Shown one piece after another: positions 35,856-48,400 of a DNA stretch of 64,000 nucleotides. Within the stretch, counting starts at the first letter, position 1, and every line of letters begins with the position of its first letter. The notes beneath the pieces are model-generated. The model saw only the letters and a list, made by a program, of their open reading frames with translations. It did not search any database and was not told where the DNA came from. Origin of the DNA: Schizochytrium sp. TIO01. Its lineage: Eukaryota; Protista; Bigyra: Labyrinthulomycetes. Made by a program: the position numbers and the translations under genes. The stretch spans positions 1,550,001-1,614,000 of the forward strand of contig SMSO01000004.1 of NCBI GenBank assembly GCA_004764695.1. The letters run 5' to 3'.

Positions 35856-38800
35856 ATGATGAGCTCGCCTCGCTATGGCGGTCCTACAACAAAATGCGAG
35901 GTGTGCAAGAAGACTGTGTACCACCTCGAGCAGATCACCCTTGGCCACCGAGCTTTGCACAAGGGCTGCTTTAGATGCTTCTCTTGCGACCGTGTTCTCA
36001 CTATGGATGACTTCGGTATTGTAGATGGTCGCATTTTTTGTAAACGCCACCACAAAGAAGCCGCCAACATTAAACCCAGCGACAGCAGATCGCCCTCGCC
36101 TGCTCCACGCTCAAGGCCCAGCTCTGCTAGGTCAAGCAAGAGCTCTCGTGCGCAGGAGCCTATGGCTGCCGAGACTAAGCTTACGCAACGTCTTAAAATG
36201 TACCGCCAAGCAAATGGTCGCACTGCACCTGAAGAGGAAGAGGATGTGGCTCGCCACCTCGATGTTGCTGTCGAAGACGTCTATGAAGACCCGGAAGGCA
36301 CTTACCTCGATGATGCAGAAGCCATGCAATACAGAAATGGTGCTCCTGTGGAAGATCTGTACGAAGATGAGAATGAGGCGAACTTTGAAGAAGTCGCCGA
36401 GCCTCGCCCACGCCTACGCTCGCGTAAGGAGAGTGCGGCATCCAAGACCAAGCCCGCCAAAAGCCCCCGCAGCTCAAGACAAAAGCAAACAACTCCTAAA
36501 GCTCGCCCATCAGAAGTTGCTGAAGATGTAGAATACTACGATGACGAAGAAGATGATGTGGAGCTTGCTTATGAAGAGCCGGAGCCCGTGGTGGTGGAGA
36601 AAAAGAAGAAGAAATCCTCCAACAAGACCTTAAGACCCCCTGCCACTGTCAAAAAGGCTGCTCGCATCTCCAAAGCATCGCCAACTTCTTCGAGTAGCAT
36701 GTCCATGGCTTACACAGAAGACGAGCTCATGAATGGTTACGATACTGTTGACAATGGATATGCCACGCGTCCCGCAAAGACCTCTTCCCGAGGACGTGCG
36801 AATAGCCGCCGCTCGCAGCGTCTGGAGGATGAGGTTGGAGAACATGAGCATAGCATATATGAATATATGGAAGATGAGCTCGACGATGGTGCTTCTTCAT
36901 ACGATGCAGAAGCAGTGGAACCCGAGCCCCGTCATCATCGTTCATCTCAGGCGCAGGAGGAGCGCCCCCTCAGGCGCTTGGTAAAGAAGAAACAGCAGCG
37001 CAAGTCTCCGACCGCTGCGCAGCAGCAACGCTACGTTGATGAAGACCTGGGAATGAGAGGCGACATCGTCGACGGTGAGTATGAGGAAGAAGACCAGGAG
37101 GTGTACAGCAGACCAGCTCCGCAACCTCAGTTGAGGAGACCATCCTACGTCGAGGATGAAGCAGAAGTCGAAGAAGAGGACGAAGACGAAGATGATGGTG
37201 CTGAAGAGTACGCATTACACCTTCGCCTAACTCGTGGAGGCCGTCGTCTTTCCCGTGGAAGCAAAGCCAGCGTGAAGACTGCAAAGTCTGTACGCTCTGT
37301 TAAATCTGTTAAATCTGCGAAGTCAAAGCAAAGTCGCCAAACTGCTCCTGAGCCGTATGAATATAATGATAGTGAAGGCTACTTCGAGGATGAATACGAG
37401 AATGCTGCAGGCGAGCTGGTTGAGCCTGCTGTGCGCCAACGCAGGCCTAGTCGTGACGCAAAACAATACATTGCACCTGCTGCAACTGTCGCTGCACATC
37501 GCGCTGCTGGCTCGCGCAGGAACAGCGTAGGCTCCCATGCCAACGGAGGTCACAGCATTGCAACTGCTACAAAACTGGAGCTGCAGCTTGAGAAAGTGCG
37601 TGATCTTTTACAGAGAAAGGAAGACGAGGTTGAAAATCTGCAGTCCCGCTACTCTAATGTTGTTGGCCGATTGGAGGAAACGACTGATGAGCTCTCCCGC
37701 CAGTCCGCGCATGTTGATCACCTCTCTGCGTCTCTGAAAGACCTGCGGGACGCTCGCGCTCGCGCAGAGGCTGACCGAGAAGATGCTCAGACCGTCATTT
37801 CTGATATGGAAAGGTCTATGAACACGTACCACTTCAAGAACGATTCTCTAGAGAAGACTTTGAACGAATTGAAGGCTCAGATTAGCGTGGCAGAAACTCG
37901 GATTCTTGAGCTTAACGAAGAAAATGCACAGCTCCGTAAGCCCAAACCTGTTGCCAGAAGACCCTCTACGCATAGTCGCGCAGAAGTGGCTCAGTCTGAA
38001 GAATCCTCGTCATCTTCTGAAGAAGACGATAGCGAAGAAGAGGGCGAGGCGCTTGCACAACGTGGCTTGCGCCAACGTCGACCTTCTCAGATTTCTGTAC
38101 GCTCTACAAAGTCTGTGCAAAGCCGTGCTTCTGCAAAGAGCCGTGGCAATGCTCCTGTATCTGCAAAGAGCCCTGTTGCACCTGTCTCAGGAACTCGTAG
38201 CCGAGGGCCGTCTGTGGGATCAGCTGTATCTACTGCCTCGCGCAAGAGCGTGAAGCCAATCGCGAAACCTGCACTTCGCGTCGACACAGGAAGAAGGCCT
38301 TCTGTTGCTCAAGATTTGAGCAGTGAAAGCAGCGATGAGGAGGATGACTCTGAAGAGGAGGCTAAGATGCTTGCCAAGGCCGAGCAGGCTAGCAAGGCAA
38401 AAGCTGCTGCGGCTGCAAAAGCTGCTGCTGCTGCAAAGGCATCTTCCGCAAAACCTGCCGCCCCCAAGCCGGCGGTGCAGGAATCTAGTAGTAAAGCACC
38501 TGTAAGTGCGAAGTCTGTGAAGTCTCCTTCGCCAGCATCTCCGCCATCTTCAGGATCTGGATCCACTGTCAACAAAGGTTCAGAAGTTGCCAAGAGTGCT
38601 CTTGCTAAACCTTCCGCTCTCAAAACCGCAAACAAGGCCGCCCCTGCTAAAAGTGCTGACGCAAATAAACAAGAACAAGATGAACCTCAAGAGAAGTCAT
38701 CACCCGTACAAGCTCGACGCAACAGTACTGCAGAGCCTGCTCTTAAACAGCGACGTGCATCTGTCACATCAACAGCAGGTAAGAAGAGCCCTGTGACAGG

Positions 38801-39080
38801 ATCTTCAAGTACGACTCGCAAATCAGCCGCTTTGTCCACTGCTTCTTCGCGGTCCCAGCGTAAATCCCGTAAGAAGGGTGATGAGTCGGACTCCTCCTCG
38901 TCCGACTCGGACAGTGACTCCAGCAGTGACTCAGACTCCTCTGCTGTCGCAACTGGTGCTAAGGGCAAAAAGGGCAAGCGTGGTGGTAGGAAGAAGAAGC
39001 GCAGTGAGGAACCCAGCACCTTCCAAGCTATTCTCTTCATGATCTTTATGCTTATTGTAATCATGTGGCTTTCCATTTAA
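35856..39080 (+). CDS. N-terminal LIM zinc-finger protein with long disordered regions, central coiled coil and C-terminal transmembrane tail anchor
   Basis: LIM: CEVCKKTVY..E......LHKGCFRCFSC..L.......DGRIFCKRH. Coiled coil from KLELQLEK to ENAQLR. Hydrophobic C-terminus FQAILFMIFMLIVIMWLSI*. Confidence 0.85.
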   Translation: MMSSPRYGGPTTKCEVCKKTVYHLEQITLGHRALHKGCFRCFSCDRVLTMDDFGIVDGRIFCKRHHKEAANIKPSDSRSPSPAPRSRPSSARSSKSSRAQEPMAAETKLTQRLKMYRQANGRTAPEEEEDVARHLDVAVEDVYEDPEGTYLDDAEAMQYRNGAPVEDLYEDENEANFEEVAEPRPRLRSRKESAASKTKPAKSPRSSRQKQTTPKARPSEVAEDVEYYDDEEDDVELAYEEPEPVVVEKKKKKSSNKTLRPPATVKKAARISKASPTSSSSMSMAYTEDELMNGYDTVDNGYATRPAKTSSRGRANSRRSQRLEDEVGEHEHSIYEYMEDELDDGASSYDAEAVEPEPRHHRSSQAQEERPLRRLVKKKQQRKSPTAAQQQRYVDEDLGMRGDIVDGEYEEEDQEVYSRPAPQPQLRRPSYVEDEAEVEEEDEDEDDGAEEYALHLRLTRGGRRLSRGSKASVKTAKSVRSVKSVKSAKSKQSRQTAPEPYEYNDSEGYFEDEYENAAGELVEPAVRQRRPSRDAKQYIAPAATVAAHRAAGSRRNSVGSHANGGHSIATATKLELQLEKVRDLLQRKEDEVENLQSRYSNVVGRLEETTDELSRQSAHVDHLSASLKDLRDARARAEADREDAQTVISDMERSMNTYHFKNDSLEKTLNELKAQISVAETRILELNEENAQLRKPKPVARRPSTHSRAEVAQSEESSSSSEEDDSEEEGEALAQRGLRQRRPSQISVRSTKSVQSRASAKSRGNAPVSAKSPVAPVSGTRSRGPSVGSAVSTASRKSVKPIAKPALRVDTGRRPSVAQDLSSESSDEEDDSEEEAKMLAKAEQASKAKAAAAAKAAAAAKASSAKPAAPKPAVQESSSKAPVSAKSVKSPSPASPPSSGSGSTVNKGSEVAKSALAKPSALKTANKAAPAKSADANKQEQDEPQEKSSPVQARRNSTAEPALKQRRASVTSTAGKKSPVTGSSSTTRKSAALSTASSRSQRKSRKKGDESDSSSSDSDSDSSSDSDSSAVATGAKGKKGKRGGRKKKRSEEPSTFQAILFMIFMLIVIMWLSI

Positions 39081-39775
39081 TAACCATAAACTCGAATACT
39101 ACATTGATTAATGATTGATTTTTTTCGTATAGAACATAAGAAATGTTGCCTCTCTCTCAGAATCGTTCCTTCCACTACTAAGGCTCATGACGAAGCCTTA
39201 AGAGTCTCCATTTGTGATGATCATGCTTACTAATAGAACCATGTTTGGCGTCCATGATACAATTCTAGAATGAAGATTTTTGCTTGCCGCAGGTAGAAAT
39301 ATAACCTTTATTTACTCTACAATGAATCTTTTCATCATACATTAGACATTCGGTTTTGGACAGACTTTATGTGATACTTAGATTTTCTTGTACAGGCTTT
39401 AGGTGAGGTTGATTCAGAAAAATGATGTTTGTCTCATATTTATACTAAAAAGTTTCGCTTTGTGTTTCTCATCTTATCGCTCGTCGTTGACAGCAACAGA
39501 AAATTCACTGAAGTAAAATAAAGCTAGTCCTTGAACGTTGTTGGTTATTAACATAATGTGAACAATACAACGTGCGTTCCTTTGTTCGTACACTTCGGAA
39601 GTGAGAGCTGCAATGGCAATGTGTAATCAGTGCATCTTGCGGTTGAACTTTTGATTGAGAGAAATACTATTCGGATTTGGAAATTTCATGGAGGAAGCCG
39701 TTCCGAGGTCATGCATGCTTTCAGAGATGGAAGTGTTTTTATACTAATTTGATGAAAGGCAGTGTGAAGCTAGGA

Positions 39776-41320
39776 TTAGAGGAGATGCGTTTTCATGTAA
39801 GAGTTGTACTTGCGGTAACCCGTTGAAGCCAGACCAATGATACAGGCTAGGAGGATTAAAAAGGGCCAAAGCCAAGAGGTGCCAGCGCTTTCCTGTGCCT
39901 CTTCGAGCGGCTCAATAGCAACCTTGAGGCGCTGCGCCAGACGGACAATGCGTTGGTTCATGTGGTGCTCCCGAGCACGAATGTCACGAACCATATTGGT
40001 CAATTGGTCAACAGTATCTGAGATCTCTGCCTCAAGGTGCTGTCGAACTGACTTGAGCTTTTCCTTCTGCCTATCCTGCATACGCTTAATTTCGCGACCC
40101 GTCTTGGTTCTGGCAAGGATCTCGCTGATAGAAACGAGTTCTGCGCGCGAAAACTTACGATTAGACTTTTTGCCGTCCTTATCCTGAAGATCACGCCCCT
40201 CCTTTCGGCGTTCGTACGCTTCGCGCATACGGCGGAGCTGCTCCTCACGATCCTTTGAATGGTGCGATTTGTCGATAGGATCGTCCTCTTCATAATCCTC
40301 ATCATAGTCCTCATCCTCACCCTCATCACCTTCGCGATTGGCGTAGCCATATTCGTAGTAGTCTTCATAATCATCCTCGCCTTCATCATGATCAAACTGC
40401 GTTTCTTCCATGATCTTCTTCTCCCATCCCTCGAACTCGCGAGCAACATTCCCCTTGGCCAGAATATCCTCCCACATGCCAGGCATATTTCCCTGATCAT
40501 TGACCTGGGCATACTCATATGGGTCCAACTCAATGTTCGTGTACGCCTTGATTTCAACCATATGGTGCTTGTCGACAAGCTGACCAGTCATCGCGGTCAC
40601 ACCAAAATACAAATCGGTTCCCGGGATATCCAAGTTATCGAGCTTGATACACTGCACCCACTCAATAGCTCCCTTGGGCTGCATGATGACTGAAAGGGTT
40701 TTCTTCGTGTACGTGATCCTCGCTACAGTTGTTGCCATGTCCTTTGTATGTGCCGAACGAAACGGAATATGGCACCCGTTCGTAATATCCCTGGTCTTAA
40801 TCTTAGAGTAATCTAGTTTGCCATCGTTCGTGAGAGCGTAAACGTACGGGTGGCGTTTCCCCCTAAACTCCTTGTTCTTATATGTGTCGAAGAAGACACC
40901 GAGTCCCTCCCATTTGTTTGGCCCTCCGAGAGCATCGCCACCTCGTCCGCGTTCTTCGGATAGCCAGAATCCAAAACCGTCGCCGAAGAGGTCGCCCTCA
41001 GTGCCTCCGACGCGGAAGGTAAGGTCAACCTGCCAGTCAGAGATAGTCTTAAGCGGGCGTCTAGCCCAAGCAGCACCCTTTTGATCCTGCTCGGCATCGG
41101 TGACGTGGATTGCGTCGTCGCGAGCGAAGCAGGAGCCGAAGAGCTCCCAGTCCATGAGCATCTCCTTTGGAAATGGCGCTGGCCCAAGGCTGTACTTGGG
41201 CATGAGGTCTCGTGAAGCCCATTTGTCAGGACCGAGCTGCATCTCATATGCGGACACGCAGCTCAGGCACGTGGCGAGCAACGCCACCAAAGCTGAGGTC
41301 TTCATAGAGAGGACTTCCAT
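39776..41320 (-). CDS. L-type (legume-like) lectin cargo receptor, ERGIC-53/VIP36/Emp47 family
   Basis: Signal peptide after MEVLSMKTS (the upstream TTG extension is unlikely); KYSL.P.PF, QKGAAW, FGDGFGFW, WEGLGVFFDTYKN, YFGVTAMTG.LVDKH; coiled-coil stalk; TM SWLWPF; tail ...MKTHLL. Confidence 0.9.
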   Translation of the reverse strand: MEVLSMKTSALVALLATCLSCVSAYEMQLGPDKWASRDLMPKYSLGPAPFPKEMLMDWELFGSCFARDDAIHVTDAEQDQKGAAWARRPLKTISDWQVDLTFRVGGTEGDLFGDGFGFWLSEERGRGGDALGGPNKWEGLGVFFDTYKNKEFRGKRHPYVYALTNDGKLDYSKIKTRDITNGCHIPFRSAHTKDMATTVARITYTKKTLSVIMQPKGAIEWVQCIKLDNLDIPGTDLYFGVTAMTGQLVDKHHMVEIKAYTNIELDPYEYAQVNDQGNMPGMWEDILAKGNVAREFEGWEKKIMEETQFDHDEGEDDYEDYYEYGYANREGDEGEDEDYDEDYEEDDPIDKSHHSKDREEQLRRMREAYERRKEGRDLQDKDGKKSNRKFSRAELVSISEILARTKTGREIKRMQDRQKEKLKSVRQHLEAEISDTVDQLTNMVRDIRAREHHMNQRIVRLAQRLKVAIEPLEEAQESAGTSWLWPFLILLACIIGLASTGYRKYNSYMKTHLL

Positions 41321-43871
41321 AGCCTGACTAATGTGAGCTCGATTCAAACGGGTTTTCCAAGTTTGGCTATCTGGGGCGTTTGTAATCAAAACCCGATCCC
41401 AACGCACGCGGGTGGTGGCGAGGGCCTTTCGGGGATCGAGAAGACTCCGACAAGACCACGTAGACCAACACCGTCGAAAGTCCCACCGCTGGGTTTGCGG
41501 GGACGTGTCTGGAATTAAATCAGGCCTAGTGCCAGACTTGCAGTCGTTGAGCACTACATGGGACTTTCTATAGTTTCCTCTGTCCAAACTCCTATCACGT
41601 ATCCCATAAAACTATCTAATTAGCTTCTAGCAATCTTTCTCTTTGACCGATGTTCCCTAATTTACCTACAGTATCTGGGTGCAAAGCATTTTACCTATAA
41701 TTAGGTTAAATCTCGGTTTTCGTGTGCACAATATGGGTTTAACTTTGACTCTGAATTTGCGTTGCGCAGAGTGAGGATCTCAGGGAAGATCGGAATCGCA
41801 TTCTTATTCCACATGGAGGGGACACGATACATCTATCCACACGCGGTGCTCTGTGGACCGACTGACTTGGAGAACTAAGTGAGGTTTATTATGACGACAA
41901 TCAGGGATGGGTGGACTTAAAAGCTGGTCATGCACCCAGAAGATTGGTGAAAGGCTTCTTCTTGGCTAGCTTAGGTGGACAGACTGTTTGTCAGCCGAAG
42001 CGTCGAAAGATGCGGCGGCTTTTTTACTGAAAAAAGGCTGCTTCAGGCGGCATGTAACCTTAAGTGTTTTACTTTCCGATTAAAGACCTTGTATATAGTA
42101 TAAAAAAGAATTTTGGATTGATTTTTTATTTCAGAATTATTTAAAACTAAAAAAACTAAAAAAAACTTGTAGTACGCGTGCTTAAGTACCTGCTAGTAAG
42201 TAGAGCTGCCGCCTATAATGTGTGCTTTTATGAGGCTCTTTCAAGAATTCACCTAGACCAGGTATCGAATATGTTTGAACCGAAATGAACTAAACCAGGG
42301 CACTATTTCGAAATGAAGGCGCATCCCTCAGACAGCTAACTGGCGCAGTTTTCAAGGTCAGGGTTTTGTTTTCCATCTTCTAGTCCCGGAAAATTCAAGA
42401 AAACAGAACAAATAAGCAAGCACCTTGCTACCTACTACTGCCCTCCATATGTAAAGGAGACTCAGGGAGAAGGACGGACGGAGCCAAATCCAGAACAGGA
42501 GAAAGGATGCGACTGAGTCAAGAAACCTCATGATTCTATGCACTTGATTCTTGTTGTTTGCAACTGTCATTCGTAAAGCGGGCCGCCTTCTTCAGCTTTG
42601 TGCGTGTAACGTTGAAGTACCACGCGACTTTATAATAAACCTGGTTTTTAAATTGAAGAGTACCAGGTAGTGCCTGAGTCGCCCTCCTACTTATGGGCTT
42701 GGTGGGTTTTGGGGTAAGATGAGAAGAGTAATTGGAGAAGCCAGGTTTAGAGCTTTTCACTCATTCATAACTCCATAACTTTACTCGCTTTCCCAATTCA
42801 TCTCGTCCTCACTCTCATCCTCGTCCGCACCCTCCACCTCGACGAGCTCCTGTGTCGTCCGTCCTGCCAAGGACTTGTGAACTTATACATAAGTCTCCAC
42901 CTGCGACTCTGTCGTGAACTTGGACTCTTAAACCTGCGTTTGAGTCCGTGCTTTCGCTGTGCATTGGAACGTGCTGCCATGAGACCAAAGTAAAGAGTCT
43001 GCCATGGCACGATCAAAGCGTGGTGATTGTATCGGAAGCGATATATGAATCGAATTACAGTACGCTGAGACACACTCGATTGCGAATGTACAAAACAACC
43101 GCGGCGTCGAGCGGATAAATGAAGAACCTCTGCACTGTATCGTCCATGTGGCTTACGACAGAATGTTAAAGCTGCGACCTGCGTAGCACTTTGCTTAGGT
43201 ATCTTGGTAGGAATTAGTACAAGTTCTGTGTTATTTTTAATATTTTATTTTATTTCATAAAATAAAATATGATTACAAATATAGATACTAATATTATATG
43301 ATTTTAAAAAAACAAAAAACTTTCGTCAGGCGCTTTATTGGAAAATCAAAATCCATTAATCTTCGGCGTTCGCTTTGGCTTTGACTAGCTTTACAGGATC
43401 ACCAGTCTACATCGCAATGAAGAGGGCTCCCCAATTCTTAGATGCGGCTTCGCACTGACGATTGAAAAGGCGAGAGAGAAACTAAATAGGATGGAGTGGA
43501 TTTCTTCAAAGAAAGGTGTTCAGTTCTTCAATCCTTTTACATTAAAACTAATATGATGAGTATGCTACCAGAAACTGTTTAAGCATCGCTGCTTCTTTAA
43601 ATTTAAAAAAATAAAAGTGAACTCTATAAATACCTGTATAGGAGAGAAAGGAAAACTGATTTGGCTAATATTTATCTTTTCTTTTTAATCTTCTATCTTT
43701 CTCTTTTTCAGAGTCCGCCACCATGGTAGCAGTAGTACTAGGCCTGGTATAATAGAGAGAGCAAGAGCAAAGCAAACCCCAAAAGTTGAAATCGATACGC
43801 CTGGAGCGGCAAACCCCAAAGTGACAAACAACAGTGAGAGAGGTGAACATCGCTTGCGCAGGTTCCTTTGA

Positions 43872-45105
<1,234 letters not shown>

Positions 45106-45476
45106 AATACCCTTAAGTTATGCTAATCAACACGCCACCATTTTCTACGACTGTGTTTTTCTTTAATATTACTCACAAGTATTCGCTTCCTTTCATAAAA
45201 ATAAGTAATATATGTATCAAGCCAAAAAAGACGTCTCGTAAATGTCAATTCATTACTATCTTGTCGACGGAAAGGCAGAGCACTTCAGTATTCTTTTGCA
45301 ATTTGGAAAGTAGCGCAAGTTAACATATGCTCGATAGCGGATAAAATGGTGAAAATTACAGTGGCTGGGTACATATAGTTCATGTCATAGCACTATTCAA
45401 ATAGCATGCAGTTGTTATTAAGCGCTCAATGGAATTGAGAGCCCCGTCGCAGTAGTACGTTTCTGTTTTCAAAAAG

Positions 45477-48400
45477 TCATTTGATTGTTTTTGCAGTAGT
45501 TGATGACACAGGCATCCCGATACATATAGGCGCTGCACCCACCAAGAATGGTAGCTTGCACGCTGCACGAGCGTCTTGAACAGCTTCAGGCAGAGATCGT
45601 TTCTTCCCCATCCATGCTTCCAGCATAGACAAGGTAAATCTATCAATGTCCTTATCCGTCACATCCCAAAGATTGGCAACAACCGCGAGACTACCAGCAA
45701 GCATGTATGCAAGAACTACACCAGCAGGCTCGAAAATTCCTTGCGAGCGTAGTTTTCCACTGCTACAGCCCATGAGCAATGTAGTTGCACAGGCATTAAG
45801 CTGAGCTAGCTGTTCCCTTGACAAAAGCTCTTCGCCACTTCCATGACCACAGTATAAGAATACGGGCGCCTCAGATAGTGCCCGCTTCAGAAGAGCAGAT
45901 CCTTCACTTGGAGTTTTCAGCCGGCCACAAGTTCCCTTCCAACCTAATCCTTTCGTAACACTGTCTAAAAACGGTTGCATCGCCTTGGCAGTGGAGTTCA
46001 AATCCCCGCGAGGATCAATCATATACTCTGCGCCCCGAAGACTAATCTTTCGGCCGATACTAGACAGCCTTTCTGCAATAAACGCAAATGAGGGCATGCG
46101 GCTAACACAGCGAGTATGAATACACGGCATAGCCTCAAACGGAATACCTTGCAGCATTTCATCTAGAACAAGAATGAGTGACCCTTGAACTTTGACTATC
46201 TCGTTGGATGCCACAGTAGTCTTGCTTCCAACTTGCTCTTTTGGAAGACCTTCTTGTTGGCCACTCTCGCATCCGCTATCACTCTCACCGTCACTTTCCA
46301 TGGCATCCATTTCTTCTTCATACGCCTCTAGACGCGCTATGAGCTCCTTTTTAAGCCCGGAGGTTCTCAGATTCCTTTCGGCTAAAGCCGCTCGCAACTC
46401 AACAACCTTCATTTCATTTGGATTCTTATTGAGCTTAACACGTTGCTGAGAAGACGACTTAACTAGCTCATCCTGAGAAGAACATCCCGAGGATGAACGA
46501 GAAGACGCATCTACAACTTCTTCTTCGTCTAATAACTCATTATCATATGAACCTGTAAGGCGATTACCTGCTTGGCGAACACATTCTACTAAGTTCAAGT
46601 GATCCCTGGTCTTTAAGCCCAGTGGTTTAGAAAGGAGCACCTCAACAGCATGTTCGAGAGTATCTGATACAGCATTATGCATGCCAGCACTCACTGCCAA
46701 AGTTAAGACATTGAAGATTTCCATTTCAGCAGATGTTACATCTGATTTCTTGAGACCCAAACCTTTGAAGGCAGCTGCTGCCTCGGCATCGACCTCTTTT
46801 GTGTCGATGCCAAGCGCACTTGCAGTAGGCGCTAGAAGAGTAACAGCTGCGGGTCCAAGCCAAGCAGTCTCCACATTTGAGAGCAAATCTTGAAGCTCCT
46901 TGTCAAGACGTTGGCGGTCATCCCACCATTGTCGCTTCCGTGTACGATCCCAGCCTGCAGTTGAGTCTGCAGTTGTACCTCTGGTAGTCTGCTCGGCGGC
47001 TTCCACCAGAGCACGCATTTTTTTAGCCAAGTCCTCTTCGTGTTGCTGCAGAGGTAGAATGAGTGTCAAGGGGTTTCTTGAGCGGGTCAAACGAGATACA
47101 CAAAGAAGCTCAAGCTCATCTAGTGCCGTCACAGAGCATACTGCCATATCGTCGGGAAGATCTTTTGAACAGATCTGTTTAAGATGAGCACCAGCATCAA
47201 TGACGTTGTCCCAAGGCGAATGCAATACATGACAGGGTTTGTCAGTCCAAAGACGGGTTCTCTCGAGGGAGAGGGCCAAACCAAAAGAGGCATGCATGAG
47301 GGCAGCAACCTGCCAGTCTGCACTTGCTACAGCATTGCTTGCACGAGTTTTTGTCATGGCTACAGAAAGCCCACGGAAAAGTGCGCGTCCAGTTTCAGGA
47401 CTTGCGTCGACACGCTGGGCACTATACAGTGCATCTTGCAAAACTGTAAGACCCTGCGACCATTTATTTTTAGCTAAGTAGGCTTGACCCAAGGCAATGT
47501 TAGAACGGCAGACCTCACGTTCAAGTGTTGGGTTTCCTTCACCGATTTCGGCTGCCTGCGTGAGCCACTTCGTCGGGTCTTTTCCACGTAAAAGCGCAAG
47601 TCTTGCTTGTAGACCAAGAATTTGAATTTTAGCTTCTTCCGCAAATACAGAGCAACGACTACGATGTTTCTGACGAGCTGCACGTTTTGACAAAGATGCC
47701 TTTGCGCGCGCTGCAAGCTCTGTTTCATCAATATCAAGACCACCAAGAGTTGCGATCGCCACTTCATCTTGGTCCTCAGCATGTTGGCTTGTTTCAAGTT
47801 GGTCAACAAAGGCCCGCCAGGCATCCTCTGCTTCACCTACAACTTCCGCTGCGGCGTCGATATCATGACGAGCAAGTGCAACGGAAGCGCGGCACATAAG
47901 AAGTTGAAGTCCAACTTTGCCGCTCTGTTCTTTTTTCAAGGAACCCAACAAGGCCTCGGCGTCATCCGGCTTGCCACACATAAGAGCAATACGACCTTTC
48001 AACATCTGAAAACGATTCATCAATGCATCCGAACCAACGCGCTCAGCAAGCGCATGACCGCGTTCAACATAGTAGCGAGCTGTTCGAGGATCACCACGTG
48101 AAACATAGACCTCACAAAGCAGTTCAAGACAGTCAACGACGTCATTGACATGCTTCCAATTTACTCCTGTAACTGCCAAAGGGCCAGCAGGGGTTTCCTG
48201 ACATGCAGCCCGTAATTTCAAAGCGTTGAGAGCTGTGTTAAGTACGACTGCAGAGTCCGTTGTGCTAGCAAATGACAAGGAAGCAAGTAGAAATGCGCAG
48301 GTGGCGTATTCATCACTTTGAGCTTCTGGATCCAATGTATTCATGACATCCGTAACGCGAGTTTCCAACGTGCATACAAACTCTCCCAATCCTCCAGAGT

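Noticed and set aside
41321-41587. TTG-initiated N-terminal extension of the lectin ORF
   Set aside because: The signal peptide follows the ATGs at 41320/41305; the extension is likely 5'UTR or promoter
43240-43270. Perfect 14-bp inverted repeat (ATATTTTATTTTAT-ttc-ATAAAATAAAATAT)
   Set aside because: Pure A/T low complexity in an AT-rich tract; expected by chance, with no element ends evident
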